Shown in pieces: positions 16,278-27,217 of a stretch of DNA of 27,375 bases. Both the position numbers and the translations under genes were made by a program. The stretch spans positions 1 to 27,375 of the forward strand of contig CAZSPM010000001.1 in NCBI GenBank assembly GCA_964608785.1, read 5' to 3'. This DNA comes from an uncultured Eubacteriales bacterium. GTDB taxonomy: Bacteria; Acidobacteriota; Aminicenantia; Aminicenantales; Aminicenantaceae. The notes beneath the pieces were generated by a model. That model was not told the origin of the DNA, made no database searches, and was given only the letters and a program-made list of their open reading frames with translations. Each line of letters begins with the position of its first letter. Position 1 is the first letter of the stretch.

Positions 16278-18671
16278 CTATTCCTCAGATGATGTGTGCC
16301 TCGAACCGGTCCTTATTGAGATTCTGTGTCCGTCTGATGAAACTTCTACGGCGCCATGGAGGTCGGTTCTGTATATTTTCGCTCCAATCTTCACATATTT
16401 CTTTATGACGCTTTGGTCTGGCAGACCATACCTGTTTCCTTCACCGACAGAGATGACCACGATTCGGGGAGCAATTGCATTGAGAAATGTTGTAGAGCTC
16501 GAGGAGTTGCTTCCGTGATGGGGAGATTTTAGCACCTGGCTTTTAAGTTCCCTGGCGCTCTCTAATATTTCCCTTTCTGCATCTATTCCGATATCGCTGG
16601 GGAGAAGAAATGAAGTTTGATCGTATGATATTCTCAAAACAATTGATTGATCATTGTGTACTTTTTGTACATAGGGATTACTTTGTTGAGGATGGAGAAC
16701 CTCAATCCTTATGTTCCCTTCAAGATGCATATGGCCTTGAAACAATCTTTTCCGAGAAACAGAAAGAGGAAGCCGATTCCTGAATTCTGCATACGGCTCG
16801 CTTTCCAAGGGGATGAAAGCCTCCCAGTATTCACCGATTTTAAAGTTTCTGGCGACGGCTTTTAATCCGTTGATATGATCGGGATGAGCATGTGTTAGGA
16901 TCAAATAATCGATCTTCTTTATTCCTTTGTCCCAAAGGAAAGGCGAAACTACACTTTCACCTATATCAAAAGTTCCTTCAGGGATTCCACCACCGTCTAT
17001 GAGCATTTTTTTCTTCCCAGGAAATTCCACCAGTATCGAGTCTCCTTGTCCAACATCGATGAAGGTAAGCTTAAGGTTTCTGGAGAAGGATGGAAAGGGG
17101 TAAGATATAAGGATAGCAAAGATGAGGAGAAAACAGAGAAGGCTGATTAATTTTTGTCTCTTTATTCGGGAAGGCAGGAGCAGGAGATAGAGAAAAAGAA
17201 AATAGCCGATTACAATGGAAAGATGAGGTGTTGGAATTCGGTAAGAAACAAAGGAGAGAGGGTCAAGAAGGTGTGACGAGCCTGAAAGCAGGTCAATGAG
17301 AAATTTTATTCCGCCTGCAAGCAACCGGGAGAGAAGAGAGCTCACAAATGAGAGGAGGAGAAAGATGTAGCCGCAGGCCATGATCAATCCTAGAAGTGGC
17401 AGTGCCACGAAGTTGAGGATAAGAGATGAAAATGTTACCCGGTTAAAAGAGTTCACAACAAAGGGGAGAACGCCAAGCTGAGCCGTGAGTGAAAGGGCAA
17501 AAATTTCACTGATTCTAAGAGGAAGCTTGGGTAGATATTTGATGATCCTGGGGAAAAATAGAATAATGGAGAAGGTGGCCGCAAAGGTGAGTTCGAATCC
17601 CAGGCTGAAAAGACTAAAGGGATTGATTAGAAGCAGGAAGAATGCACTTAAGGAGATCGTGTTAATGAGATTGGCATCCTTCCAAATGAGTTTCCCCAAT
17701 AAAAATGCCAGAGTCATGATGGTGGCTCTCATGACAGAAGGTCTTCCTTCAACGAGGAATGCATAGAGGACGAGAAAGAGGATGAGCAGCAGAAAAGTTG
17801 CTCGTGTGGGAACTCTAAAGAGCTTAAAAACAGAGAAGAAGAGGAAGGATATAATGGCAATGTGAGCTCCCGAGATGGCAAAGAGATGATAAAGCCCTGC
17901 TTTTTGAAGAGAGCGGGAGATTGAAAGAGGGATTCTACCTCTTTCACCGAGGAGAAGAGCCTCGAGAACTCCTCCTTGAGGAGAAAGAGAATTAGCTTTT
18001 GGAGAGGGGAAATGGCTTTCAATTTTTTGTTGCAATTTTTGCCGGATGAAAGAGAGTAGGGGTAGAGGTAAATATTTTTTTCCATCTTCTAATTTTTCTA
18101 CAAGAAGAGGACTCTTTGTAAAGGCCCTGTTATGAATATTTTGAGTTTTGAGATACATTTCCAAGGAAGAATTTTTAAAGTTTCTGAATCCCTTATAGGA
18201 AAACAGACGAGCAGAGATTTTGACCTTGTCATGAGTAAAAAGGCTTAATTTTGAGGGAAATTCCTTAGAATGAGGGACAGTAATCCTCAGGTTTCCTCTT
18301 ATTTTTTCTTCTTTATTCTGGCAGAAGACTCTTTCAACTCTTAAAAAGATATAATCTTTATCATGCCCCCGCGAGAGGGATTTATATATCCTCCCATAAA
18401 AATCTACATAATCTGCATGTTTCATGTTGTGGAGAGAATTCTCTTCAAACCTCTTATTTTGGAGAGTAAAGAGGCTTGTGCCAAGAAGAGACGTTGTGAC
18501 CAGAATGAAAGCGAAAGAGATTTTATCTTTTCTGATGAGAAAGAAAAGCCAGACGGAACATAAGCACACTATGAGAGCAGAAACCGTAACCGCCAGAGAA
18601 ACATGTATATGAAAAGAGAATATGATTCCCAGGATTAAGGATAAAGCCAGAAAAAGGAAAGGAAAGGACAT
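16278..18671 (-). CDS. comEC: DNA internalization competence protein ComEC/Rec2
   Basis: N-terminal TM/OB region, competence domain HLFAISGAHI and PS..RA.IM, metallo-beta-lactamase domain DVGQGDS, THAHPDH, PHHGS, YRTD..GAV. Confidence 0.93.
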   Translation of the reverse strand: MSFPFLFLALSLILGIIFSFHIHVSLAVTVSALIVCLCSVWLFFLIRKDKISFAFILVTTSLLGTSLFTLQNKRFEENSLHNMKHADYVDFYGRIYKSLSRGHDKDYIFLRVERVFCQNKEEKIRGNLRITVPHSKEFPSKLSLFTHDKVKISARLFSYKGFRNFKNSSLEMYLKTQNIHNRAFTKSPLLVEKLEDGKKYLPLPLLSFIRQKLQQKIESHFPSPKANSLSPQGGVLEALLLGERGRIPLSISRSLQKAGLYHLFAISGAHIAIISFLFFSVFKLFRVPTRATFLLLILFLVLYAFLVEGRPSVMRATIMTLAFLLGKLIWKDANLINTISLSAFFLLLINPFSLFSLGFELTFAATFSIILFFPRIIKYLPKLPLRISEIFALSLTAQLGVLPFVVNSFNRVTFSSLILNFVALPLLGLIMACGYIFLLLSFVSSLLSRLLAGGIKFLIDLLSGSSHLLDPLSFVSYRIPTPHLSIVIGYFLFLYLLLLPSRIKRQKLISLLCFLLIFAILISYPFPSFSRNLKLTFIDVGQGDSILVEFPGKKKMLIDGGGIPEGTFDIGESVVSPFLWDKGIKKIDYLILTHAHPDHINGLKAVARNFKIGEYWEAFIPLESEPYAEFRNRLPLSVSRKRLFQGHMHLEGNIRIEVLHPQQSNPYVQKVHNDQSIVLRISYDQTSFLLPSDIGIDAEREILESARELKSQVLKSPHHGSNSSSSTTFLNAIAPRIVVISVGEGNRYGLPDQSVIKKYVKIGAKIYRTDLHGAVEVSSDGHRISIRTGSRHTSSEE

Positions 18672-18683
18672 TGTAAAAAATAA

Positions 18684-19982
18684 CTAAAGACTATCAAGTT
18701 GGCTCTGGTGTTCTAGGCCATCGAGTAGAAGATGGCACATGATCTTAATTCCGAGTGAAATACTTCTTTCATCAGGGTTGAAATAGGAGCTGTGAAGGGG
18801 AGCCATAGTTTTTTCCTCAGGATTTTTTACTCCCAGAAGAAAAAAGAAACCCGGGATATTCTGGCAGTAATATGCGAAATCCTCTGCTACCATTTGGGGC
18901 TTCAAATCTTTGACGTTCTTTTCTCCTAATACTCTCAAAAGAGTCGGACGCATTATTTTTGCCAGATCCGGGTGGTTATAGACAGAGGGAGAACCCCTGC
19001 GATAACTAAAGGTATAATCAGCTCCGAAAGGATGAGTGATTCCCCTTACAACATTTTCTATTATCAGGGGAATTTTTTCTCTGTTTGTTTTGCTCAATGT
19101 TCTCACCGTGCCTTCGAGCATCACTTCTTCTGCAATAATGTTAGATCTCCTTCCTCCGCTGATTTTTCCAATAGTTAAAACAGATGGGTCAGTGGGATCA
19201 ATGGTCCGGCTGATGATAGATTGGAGACTTAATACAACTTGAGAAGCGAGGACAATGGAATCTATGCCTTCATGCGGCTTTGCGCCATGGGAGCTTTTTC
19301 CCTTGATAATGATTTGAAACCAGTCAGAACTTGCCAACATTGGGCCTGGAGAAAAAAAGACTTCTCCCAAATTTTTAGGCCAAACGTGGAGCCCGAAAAT
19401 TGCTCCAACAGGAGGGTCATCAAGAACGCCTTCTTCTATCATCAGACTCGCGCCGCCTCTCTCGCCTGGAGGAGCTCCTTCTTCGGCAGGTTGAAAGATA
19501 AATTTGATATTGCCTTTGATTTCGTCTTTCAAAGAGCTCAATACTATGGCTGTACCTAGGGCTATGGATGTGTGGATATCATGGCCGCAGGCATGCATAA
19601 CACCAGGGTTTAGTGATTTAAAAGGAATATCGGTTAATTCGTTGATGGGTAAAGCGTCCATGTCTGCTCTGATGCCCACTGTATATTCATGCTGGCTACC
19701 GCGCAGCAATGCTACGACTCCTGTTTTTGCGACTCCAGTCTTTATCTCGAGGCCAAGGGACATGAGTTTGGAGGCGACAAGTTTAGCTGTTTCGAATTCT
19801 CTATTGCTCAGCTCTGGATTCATGTGAATGAATCGCCTGATTTTTATGATTTCAAGCTTGTGTTTTTCGATTTCCTCTTTTATTCGATCGGCCATATTTT
19901 TATCAACAGTTATTCCCATTAAGGGTAAGAAGAGTAGCTCAATGATGAGAAATGATATTTTAGGTATTCGGTTGTTTTTCAC
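18684..19982 (-). CDS. M20D-family amidohydrolase with a signal-peptide-like N-terminal extension
   Basis: H.NPELS..E, RADMDALP, MHACGHD.H, FQPAEEG, GLHV, EDFAYY and LHS. Start is GTG at 19982; downstream ATGs are alternatives. Confidence 0.9.
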   Translation of the reverse strand: MKNNRIPKISFLIIELLFLPLMGITVDKNMADRIKEEIEKHKLEIIKIRRFIHMNPELSNREFETAKLVASKLMSLGLEIKTGVAKTGVVALLRGSQHEYTVGIRADMDALPINELTDIPFKSLNPGVMHACGHDIHTSIALGTAIVLSSLKDEIKGNIKFIFQPAEEGAPPGERGGASLMIEEGVLDDPPVGAIFGLHVWPKNLGEVFFSPGPMLASSDWFQIIIKGKSSHGAKPHEGIDSIVLASQVVLSLQSIISRTIDPTDPSVLTIGKISGGRRSNIIAEEVMLEGTVRTLSKTNREKIPLIIENVVRGITHPFGADYTFSYRRGSPSVYNHPDLAKIMRPTLLRVLGEKNVKDLKPQMVAEDFAYYCQNIPGFFFLLGVKNPEEKTMAPLHSSYFNPDERSISLGIKIMCHLLLDGLEHQSQLDSL

Positions 19983-19988
19983 GAAGTT

Positions 19989-20017
19989 ATATTAGAATTG
20001 CTCTTAAAAAAAGTCAA
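19989..20017 (-). promoter_or_regulatory. Sigma70-like promoter of the amidohydrolase-comEC unit
   Basis: TTGACT-17 nt-TAATAT, ending 6 nt before the GTG at 19982. Confidence 0.6.
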
Positions 20018-20050
20018 GGAGGCTCAGGGCAGTGGGCTCTGAAAACACGC

Positions 20051-20077
20051 AGCTTTTGCCCCAGCGAGTCAAAAGCT
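20051..20077 (-). terminator. Possible 3' stem-loop or terminator after the mutase gene
   Basis: AGCTTTTG...CAAAAGCT 8-bp stem 9 nt past the stop codon. The U-tract after it is short and offset. Confidence 0.3.
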
Positions 20078-20086
20078 TCTCGGTTT

Positions 20087-21694
20087 CTAAATAGTAGTTA
20101 TTTCATCGAATGTGCCGTAAGATTGTTTGAGGACAGAGGAGATTTCACCGAGGGTGGCCTTTGCTGTTACAGCATCAATGATGAAGGGGAGCAGGTTATT
20201 TTGGGTCTCTACCGCTTCTTTTAAAGCATCTAACCGGTTTTTCACCTGTTTTTTTGATCTCTTGTCTTTGAGCTGCTGAAGTTTTTTGACCTGAGCTTTT
20301 TCTATTCTTTTGGGAGGATAGTAAAGATTGAGATGAATTTTTTCTTTATCATCGATATATTCATTGAGGCCAATGATGACCTGTTCTTTTCTTTCGATTT
20401 GTTTCTGATAGTTATACGCGCTTTCTTGAATTTCCTTCTGAATGAATCCTCTTTCTATAGCGGCTAGCATTCCTCCCATATTTTCTATTTTCTGGAGGTA
20501 CTCATTAACCTTTTCCTCAACCTGATTTGTCAGAGATTCGATAAAATAGGAGCCGCCTAAAGGGTCCACAGTATTAGCCACTCCGCTTTCGTGGGCAATG
20601 ATCTGTTGAGTCCGGAGAGCTATCTGGACTGAATCCTCACTCGGAAGAGCTAGGGCTTCGTCTCTGGAATTTGTGTGAAGGGATTGGGTTCCGCCTATAA
20701 CAGCGGCCATAGCTTGAAGCGTAACTCTAAGAGCGTTGTTTTCTGGTTGTTGAGCTATCAGAGTGACTCCGCTTGTTTGCGTATGGAATCTGAATTTCCA
20801 AGAGAGAGGATTTTCAGCGCGGAATTTTTCTTTCATGAGACGTGCCCAGATTCGTCGTGCGGCGCGGAACTTAGCAATCTCTTCAAAGAAATCATTATGA
20901 GAAGCAAGAAAGAAGGATAGACGAGGGGCAAAATTGTCCACATCAAGGCCTGTTTTCACTGCAGCCTCGATGTAAGTGATTGCGTTCGCCAAGGTAAAGG
21001 AAAGTTCTTGGACTGCCGTGGCTCCGGCCTCCCTAATGTGATAACCGCTGATGCTCATGGTGTTCCAGCTGGGGACATTATTTTGGCAAAAGGCCAGAAT
21101 GTCCGTGATGATTTTCAGAGAAGCTTGAGGTGGATAGATGTAGGTTCCGCGAGCTATGTATTCTTTCAGAATATCATTCTGGATTGTACCCGAGAGCTCG
21201 GTCCAGTCAATTCCTCGCTTCCGAGCTAAGGATAGATACATGGCCAGAATAATGGCCGCAGTGGAATTGATCGTCATGGAGACGCTGACCTTATCCAGAG
21301 GAATTCGATAGAAGAGGATTTCCATATCGTCGATGGAGTCAATGGCAACTCCCACCTTTCCCACTTCACCTCGGGCTTGGGGATCGTCTGAGTCAAGGCC
21401 CAATTGGGTGGGCAGATCGAAGGCGACACTCAGTCCAGTTTGACCCTGGGAGAGAAGAAAACAGTATCTTTTATTGGATTCCTCTGCAGTTCCAAAGCCT
21501 GCATACTGCCGCATGGTCCACAGCTTTCCCCTATACATCGTGGGATAGACTCCTCTTGTGAATGGATATTTTCCAGGTTCTCCCAGCTGTTCAGATTGGT
21601 TGAACTGGGCCAGATCTTTGGGGCTATAGACTTTTTTAACTTCTATCTGGGATGAGGTTAAAAATTTGGTTTTTCTCTCTTTATTCGAGGCCAT
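20087..21694 (-). CDS. Methylmalonyl-CoA mutase, large (substrate-binding) subunit of a split enzyme
   Basis: [71 protein letters not shown]. No DxHxxG B12-binding domain. Confidence 0.93.
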   Translation of the reverse strand: MASNKERKTKFLTSSQIEVKKVYSPKDLAQFNQSEQLGEPGKYPFTRGVYPTMYRGKLWTMRQYAGFGTAEESNKRYCFLLSQGQTGLSVAFDLPTQLGLDSDDPQARGEVGKVGVAIDSIDDMEILFYRIPLDKVSVSMTINSTAAIILAMYLSLARKRGIDWTELSGTIQNDILKEYIARGTYIYPPQASLKIITDILAFCQNNVPSWNTMSISGYHIREAGATAVQELSFTLANAITYIEAAVKTGLDVDNFAPRLSFFLASHNDFFEEIAKFRAARRIWARLMKEKFRAENPLSWKFRFHTQTSGVTLIAQQPENNALRVTLQAMAAVIGGTQSLHTNSRDEALALPSEDSVQIALRTQQIIAHESGVANTVDPLGGSYFIESLTNQVEEKVNEYLQKIENMGGMLAAIERGFIQKEIQESAYNYQKQIERKEQVIIGLNEYIDDKEKIHLNLYYPPKRIEKAQVKKLQQLKDKRSKKQVKNRLDALKEAVETQNNLLPFIIDAVTAKATLGEISSVLKQSYGTFDEITTI

Positions 21695-21697
21695 TAT

Positions 21698-23074
<1,377 letters not shown>

Positions 23075-23087
23075 CTAGTTCTTTGGC

Positions 23088-23405
23088 TCACTTCTCAGGG
23101 GGAAGTCCTTCGGCTGGTTTCTTTTGGAGTTCTTCCTTCTTTTTCTCTACGAAATCTTTTATAACGTCTATTCCTTCGGTGGTTTTTTCCTTTACAATCT
23201 TGATTCCTTTCTCAGCCTCTTTAGCAACTTTTTCATAGCCTTCTTTCGCTTTTTCTGCTGTTTTGGTGGCGCCTTCTTGGATTTTTTTCCTTGTTTCTTC
23301 TCCGCTTGCTGGAGCAAAAAGTATACCCAGTACGAAACCTGTGGCCGCTCCTACGAGAAAAGACAGAGTTACCTCCAAGGCACTCGAACACCTATCATTA
23401 GCCAT
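23088..23405 (-). CDS. YtxH-domain protein
   Basis: FLVGAATG..LGILFAP.SG.ETR signature followed by a charged amphipathic helix. Overlaps the upstream gene by 8 nt. Confidence 0.85.
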   Translation of the reverse strand: MANDRCSSALEVTLSFLVGAATGFVLGILFAPASGEETRKKIQEGATKTAEKAKEGYEKVAKEAEKGIKIVKEKTTEGIDVIKDFVEKKKEELQKKPAEGLPPEK

Positions 23406-23766
23406 TTTTATCCTCCTTTCGTTTTTTCAGCCGTCGCCAACCAACTCGAAGAACAGGGAGCAGAATGGGCCAGAATTTAGAGGAGGGCTTTATAACCTTT
23501 GCGGATAAAAACCATGCGATTTCTGATATGCTCTCAGCGGTTTTTTTAGTAGCTTTGACAACATCATCGACATCATCGATCTTGGCATTAATTTTTCGTT
23601 CAGTTTGCTTTAGATTATTGATGAGATTTCTCGCTTCAAACAGAACTTTTTCTCCCTCTCTGGCTGTCTTGCGGAATTGAATAAAGAGCGTTATGAGAAA
23701 AGTAACAGCGACCACAACGGCAATGGTTATCACGAGAAGCAAAAATTGGTTTAGGGTCAGCGACAT
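23398..23766 (-). CDS. DUF948/YtxG-like membrane-anchored coiled-coil protein (start moved to ATG 23766)
   Basis: One N-terminal TM helix then a coiled coil; sits directly upstream of a YtxH gene, the usual pairing. The TTG start at 23793 given by the ORF track lies just downstream of a TTGACA (23799-23804), within a putative promoter spacer. Confidence 0.7.
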   Translation of the reverse strand: MSLTLNQFLLLVITIAVVVAVTFLITLFIQFRKTAREGEKVLFEARNLINNLKQTERKINAKIDDVDDVVKATKKTAESISEIAWFLSAKVIKPSSKFWPILLPVLRVGWRRLKKRKEDKNG

Positions 23767-23814
23767 CGCATTTAATAAATAAAATAAAAACAAGACTTTG
23801 TCAATTAATTAAAA

Positions 23815-23900
23815 GGGGACGTTCCCCAAAATGACACCCTATCAAAAAGGGAAGCTCCCCAATTTCAAATCATAGGGTGTCACTTTGGGGAACGTCCCCA
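23815..23900. repeat. Nested palindromic repeat element, copy 2 (inverted relative to copy 1)
   Basis: 28-bp arms at 23815-23842 and 23872-23899 (27/28 complementary) around a 29-nt loop nearly identical to the reverse complement of the copy 1 loop. Confidence 0.92.
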
Positions 23901-24479
23901 CTATTTCCAGAGGACCTGGTGGATATTGCTGAGATCGTATTTTTTTGAGATTTTATCTAGAATTTTTGGAAAATTTTCCATTTTTTTAGATTCTAGGGCT
24001 ATATCCCATTCTTCAAGGAGTGGGGAGGAGATAAATTCATATTTCTTTTTTAAAAGTCTGGAAATTCCCCTGAAGGCCCGCCAATGAGTAATCATTAGAA
24101 GTGCTAATACACCAAAGAAAACGTTTGGACCGGGCAGCAAAACCGCCAATCCGCTTATGGGTAGAAGAAGAGTTTCGCCGATAAGAAGAAGAATATGTTT
24201 AGTTCTCTGCCTTTGGAGGAAAAAATAAAATTTAGTTCTTATCTTCTTCTCATTAAGTTGTCCGGAATAGAGAATCTGAATCTTATTTTCGTCCCATTTT
24301 AGGATTCTTCCGAACGCCTGTTCTTGCCTGAGAATTCTCTGGGGCAAAAGCATAAGCTTATTTTTAGCGAGTTCCCATATTTTCTTCCAGCGAGAAAATT
24401 TGATTTGAATTTGGGTGACGGGAACGGTAGAAAAATATCTATACTTATGCCGATAGTCCCGGACAAAAAAGAATTTCAT
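23901..24479 (-). CDS. Hypothetical membrane-associated protein resembling the Mit_KHE1 (mitochondrial K+/H+ exchange-related) family
   Basis: H...L....L.LP......LLPGPN.FF.......HWRA..G pattern and upstream IQILYS recalled from that family. Assigned from memory only. Confidence 0.55.
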   Translation of the reverse strand: MKFFFVRDYRHKYRYFSTVPVTQIQIKFSRWKKIWELAKNKLMLLPQRILRQEQAFGRILKWDENKIQILYSGQLNEKKIRTKFYFFLQRQRTKHILLLIGETLLLPISGLAVLLPGPNVFFGVLALLMITHWRAFRGISRLLKKKYEFISSPLLEEWDIALESKKMENFPKILDKISKKYDLSNIHQVLWK

Positions 24480-24490
24480 GAGTGCATTTC

Positions 24491-24520
24491 ATTTTAGCAT
24501 TTCGTTCGGAAAAGAGGCAA
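24491..24520 (-). promoter_or_regulatory. Sigma70-like promoter with extended -10
   Basis: TTGCCT-18 nt-TAAAAT preceded by TGc, ending 11 nt before the ATG at 24479. Confidence 0.5.
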
Positions 24521-24531
24521 GCTGATCCCGG

Positions 24532-25524
24532 TTATCTTCGCTGGTTCAGGAGATAGATAAAGAAAGGAGCACCTATTACTGCTGTAATGATACCGATAGG
24601 TAGCTCTGTAGAAGGGAGCAGAGTCCGAGCGAGGAGATCAGAGTAAACGAGAAAAACACCTCCTGTGAGAGAGGAAAAGAAAAAGAGATGTCTGTGGTCA
24701 GGCCCGATCAAAATCCGAACCCAATGGGGGACAATCAGGCCGACAAAACCGATTATCCCGGCGACCGAGACCGAAGAAGCGGCTAGCAGTGTAGAAGCAG
24801 CCAGGAAAACCTTTCTGATACGATTAACAGGACAGCCAAGAGATTGGGCTGTCTCGTCCCCGAGAACGAGGAGGTTCATATCTTTGGCTAGCCATTGAGC
24901 CACAAAAAAACAGAGGAAAAAATAGGGTAACATAGCAGTCACTTGATTCCAGCCAGCAAGAGCGAAACTTCCTAGGAGCCAGAAAACGGCCTGTTCGTAG
25001 GATTCTGATTTCAAGAATATCAAAAATGACGTTAAAGCCGAAGCCAGGGCTCCCGCCGCAATTCCTGTTAAGAGTAAAGTCTCAACTTTATAGACTCCTT
25101 TTCTCTGAGACAGGAGATAAACAAAGGAGACAATGGCAAATCCAGATGCAAAAGCAAAAACACTTTGGAGGGAGAAACCGAACAGTTGTATGTTCAATCC
25201 TAGATATATGGAGAGAATAGCTCCGAATGATGCGCCTGAAGACACCCCTACGACAAAGGGCCCAGCCATAGGATTTTGGAAATAGCCCTGGAGGACCGCG
25301 CCGGAGAGTGAAAGACTCGCTCCTACCAGAAAAGCGAGAAGCGCGCGGGAGAGCCTGAGATCGAGGAAAATTTTACCGTGTGTTTTGTCTTGATTGATAA
25401 TAAGGTCCCATAAATCCCGAAAATCCGTGTGAACAGGCCCTATAAGGAGAGAAATCAGGAGTCCTGATGTGAGGAGGACGAGGAGAATAATGAGGAAACC
25501 AGATTTTTTTAGATCTGTTCTCAT
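24532..25524 (-). CDS. ABC transporter permease, FecCD/BtuC family
   Basis: LRL.R.LLA.LVGA.LS.SGA.LQ..FQNP.A.P...G.SSGA, LGDE.A.SLG, G.IGFVGL.VPH, ELPIG..TA..GAPFF. Confidence 0.92.
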   Translation of the reverse strand: MRTDLKKSGFLIILLVLLTSGLLISLLIGPVHTDFRDLWDLIINQDKTHGKIFLDLRLSRALLAFLVGASLSLSGAVLQGYFQNPMAGPFVVGVSSGASFGAILSIYLGLNIQLFGFSLQSVFAFASGFAIVSFVYLLSQRKGVYKVETLLLTGIAAGALASALTSFLIFLKSESYEQAVFWLLGSFALAGWNQVTAMLPYFFLCFFVAQWLAKDMNLLVLGDETAQSLGCPVNRIRKVFLAASTLLAASSVSVAGIIGFVGLIVPHWVRILIGPDHRHLFFFSSLTGGVFLVYSDLLARTLLPSTELPIGIITAVIGAPFFIYLLNQRR

Positions 25525-26429
25525 GGTTTCTGTTCGAAGTATTGAGGATGGAGGAGGAGAGCCAGCTCGGTAAGGGCATCTATGAGCCGAGGACCGGGTC
25601 TTGTGGATAGGTTTTCATCTAGAAAATAGATTCTGCCTGTTGAAACTGCTTTGATTTGCCTAAGTTGGGTTTCGTTTTTAATCCGTTCTTTTGCTCTTAA
25701 AAACTCTTCTTGTGATTTGGATAAAATGATGATGACTTCAGGATCTTTGTGGATAAATTGTTCTCTGTTGTAATGAAGCCATTTCCTGGGTACATCTCCC
25801 GCAATATTTACTCCTCTAGCTTTTTTTATAAGGTCATTGAGGAAACTCTCTTTCCCACAAGTCCAGAGACCCATACCATGAAGAAGGAGGAAGACTCTGG
25901 GCTCATGGCGAACATATCGAAGTGCTTGCTGGATATCAGTATATTTTTTTCTCAAGGATCGGGTAAGAGTTTCGGCCTCTTCTTCCTTTCGGGTGATGGT
26001 TCCTATCTTCATGATCAGAGGAAATATGGATTCGAGATCCGACTTCATTTCTAAGGCAAACAGTGGAAGATCAAGACTCCTTATGCGGTTAAGGACCTTT
26101 AGAGTATTCCCCCGAAAGCCTATGACTAAGTCCGGGTTCAATGCTATTATTTTTTCTAAATTAGGATCAATCAGTCCTCCGATTATCTCCTTTTCCCTAG
26201 CCTCCTGTGGATGGTCACAATAGCGCGTGACCCCGACGATCCTTTTCCCTAGATCCAAGGCAAAAAGGATTTCCGTGATGTTGGGAGCCAGAGAGATGAT
26301 TCTTTGAGGAGGAGATTTGATAGTGTAAAGAGATCCTAAAGCATCCCTGATGATTTTGTTTTGACTCCCAAATGAGAGGAAGCATAGAAGAAGTAACAAA
26401 CAAACGAGAGGGATCTTTTTGCGGTTCAT
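25521..26429 (-). CDS. ABC transporter substrate-binding protein, BtuF-like (probably cobalamin)
   Basis: RIISLAPNITEILFAL, VGVT.YCD.P, E.IIAL.PDLV and C-terminal RPGPRL. ATGA overlap with the permease gene. Confidence 0.82.
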   Translation of the reverse strand: MNRKKIPLVCLLLLLCFLSFGSQNKIIRDALGSLYTIKSPPQRIISLAPNITEILFALDLGKRIVGVTRYCDHPQEAREKEIIGGLIDPNLEKIIALNPDLVIGFRGNTLKVLNRIRSLDLPLFALEMKSDLESIFPLIMKIGTITRKEEEAETLTRSLRKKYTDIQQALRYVRHEPRVFLLLHGMGLWTCGKESFLNDLIKKARGVNIAGDVPRKWLHYNREQFIHKDPEVIIILSKSQEEFLRAKERIKNETQLRQIKAVSTGRIYFLDENLSTRPGPRLIDALTELALLLHPQYFEQKP

Positions 26430-27217
26430 GTCTTCTCTGGTAGCTTTGGAATTAGAGATATTTCGGGAAGTCTGGAGTGAAGGTTTTCTCTTATGTCTAC
26501 ATCTGCCTGGAAAACTTTATTGATGTTTTCTTTTGTAATCAGCTCTTTTGGACTGCCTTGGGCTTGAATTTTGCCCTCTTTGAGAAACAGGAGTTTTTGA
26601 GAATAAGGTATAGCCAAGTTGATATTGTGTTCTGTCAAGAGTACAGTCTTGCCTTTCACCTCCTGGAGTCGCTTGAGAATATGGTAAATTCCCACTTGAT
26701 AGCTAATATCTAGGTGAGAGCTGGGTTCGTCAAGAAAAAGGAGCGGTGCGTCCTGGGCCAACGCGCGAGCAATGAAGACCCTCTGGCGTTCTCCACCGCT
26801 CAAATGAGCTATTTTTTTTTCTTTCAGATGGTCAATTTGCGTGAGACTCATGACTTCATCGATTATCTTGTGATCTGAGGGAGCAGATCGCAATCGACCT
26901 TGATGTATATACCTTCCCATGAGAACGATTTCCATCACGCTGAATTCGAATGAGAAACTGAATATCTGAGGGACATAGGCAATTTTTTTGGCAACTTTTC
27001 TTGGACTGAGAGAGAAGATATCTTCGCCCTCAACAGCAGTCTTGCCTGAGACATCCTTTAGCAGCCCCTGGAGAGCTTTCATCAAAGTGCTCTTGCCAGA
27101 GCCATTCCGTCCGAGGATGGAAATGAATTCTCCCTTTTTCAAAGAGAAGGAGATGTTCTCTATGACATGCCCGTTTCCGTATCCGGCAGAGAGGTTTTCA
27201 ACTTCAAGAATTGCCAT
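26426..27217 (-). CDS. ABC transporter ATP-binding protein, FecE/BtuD family
   Basis: Walker A GRNGSGKST, signature LSGGERQR, Walker B LFLDEP, switch His. ATGA overlap with the binding-protein gene. Confidence 0.93.
   Translation of the reverse strand: MAILEVENLSAGYGNGHVIENISFSLKKGEFISILGRNGSGKSTLMKALQGLLKDVSGKTAVEGEDIFSLSPRKVAKKIAYVPQIFSFSFEFSVMEIVLMGRYIHQGRLRSAPSDHKIIDEVMSLTQIDHLKEKKIAHLSGGERQRVFIARALAQDAPLLFLDEPSSHLDISYQVGIYHILKRLQEVKGKTVLLTEHNINLAIPYSQKLLFLKEGKIQAQGSPKELITKENINKVFQADVDIRENLHSRLPEISLIPKLPEKT

Noticed and set aside
20018-20086. Possible tRNA remnant or small RNA between the mutase and amidohydrolase genes
   Set aside because: No cloverleaf, T-loop (GTTCGA) or CCA end could be built; only one short hairpin is present, listed as a weak terminator.
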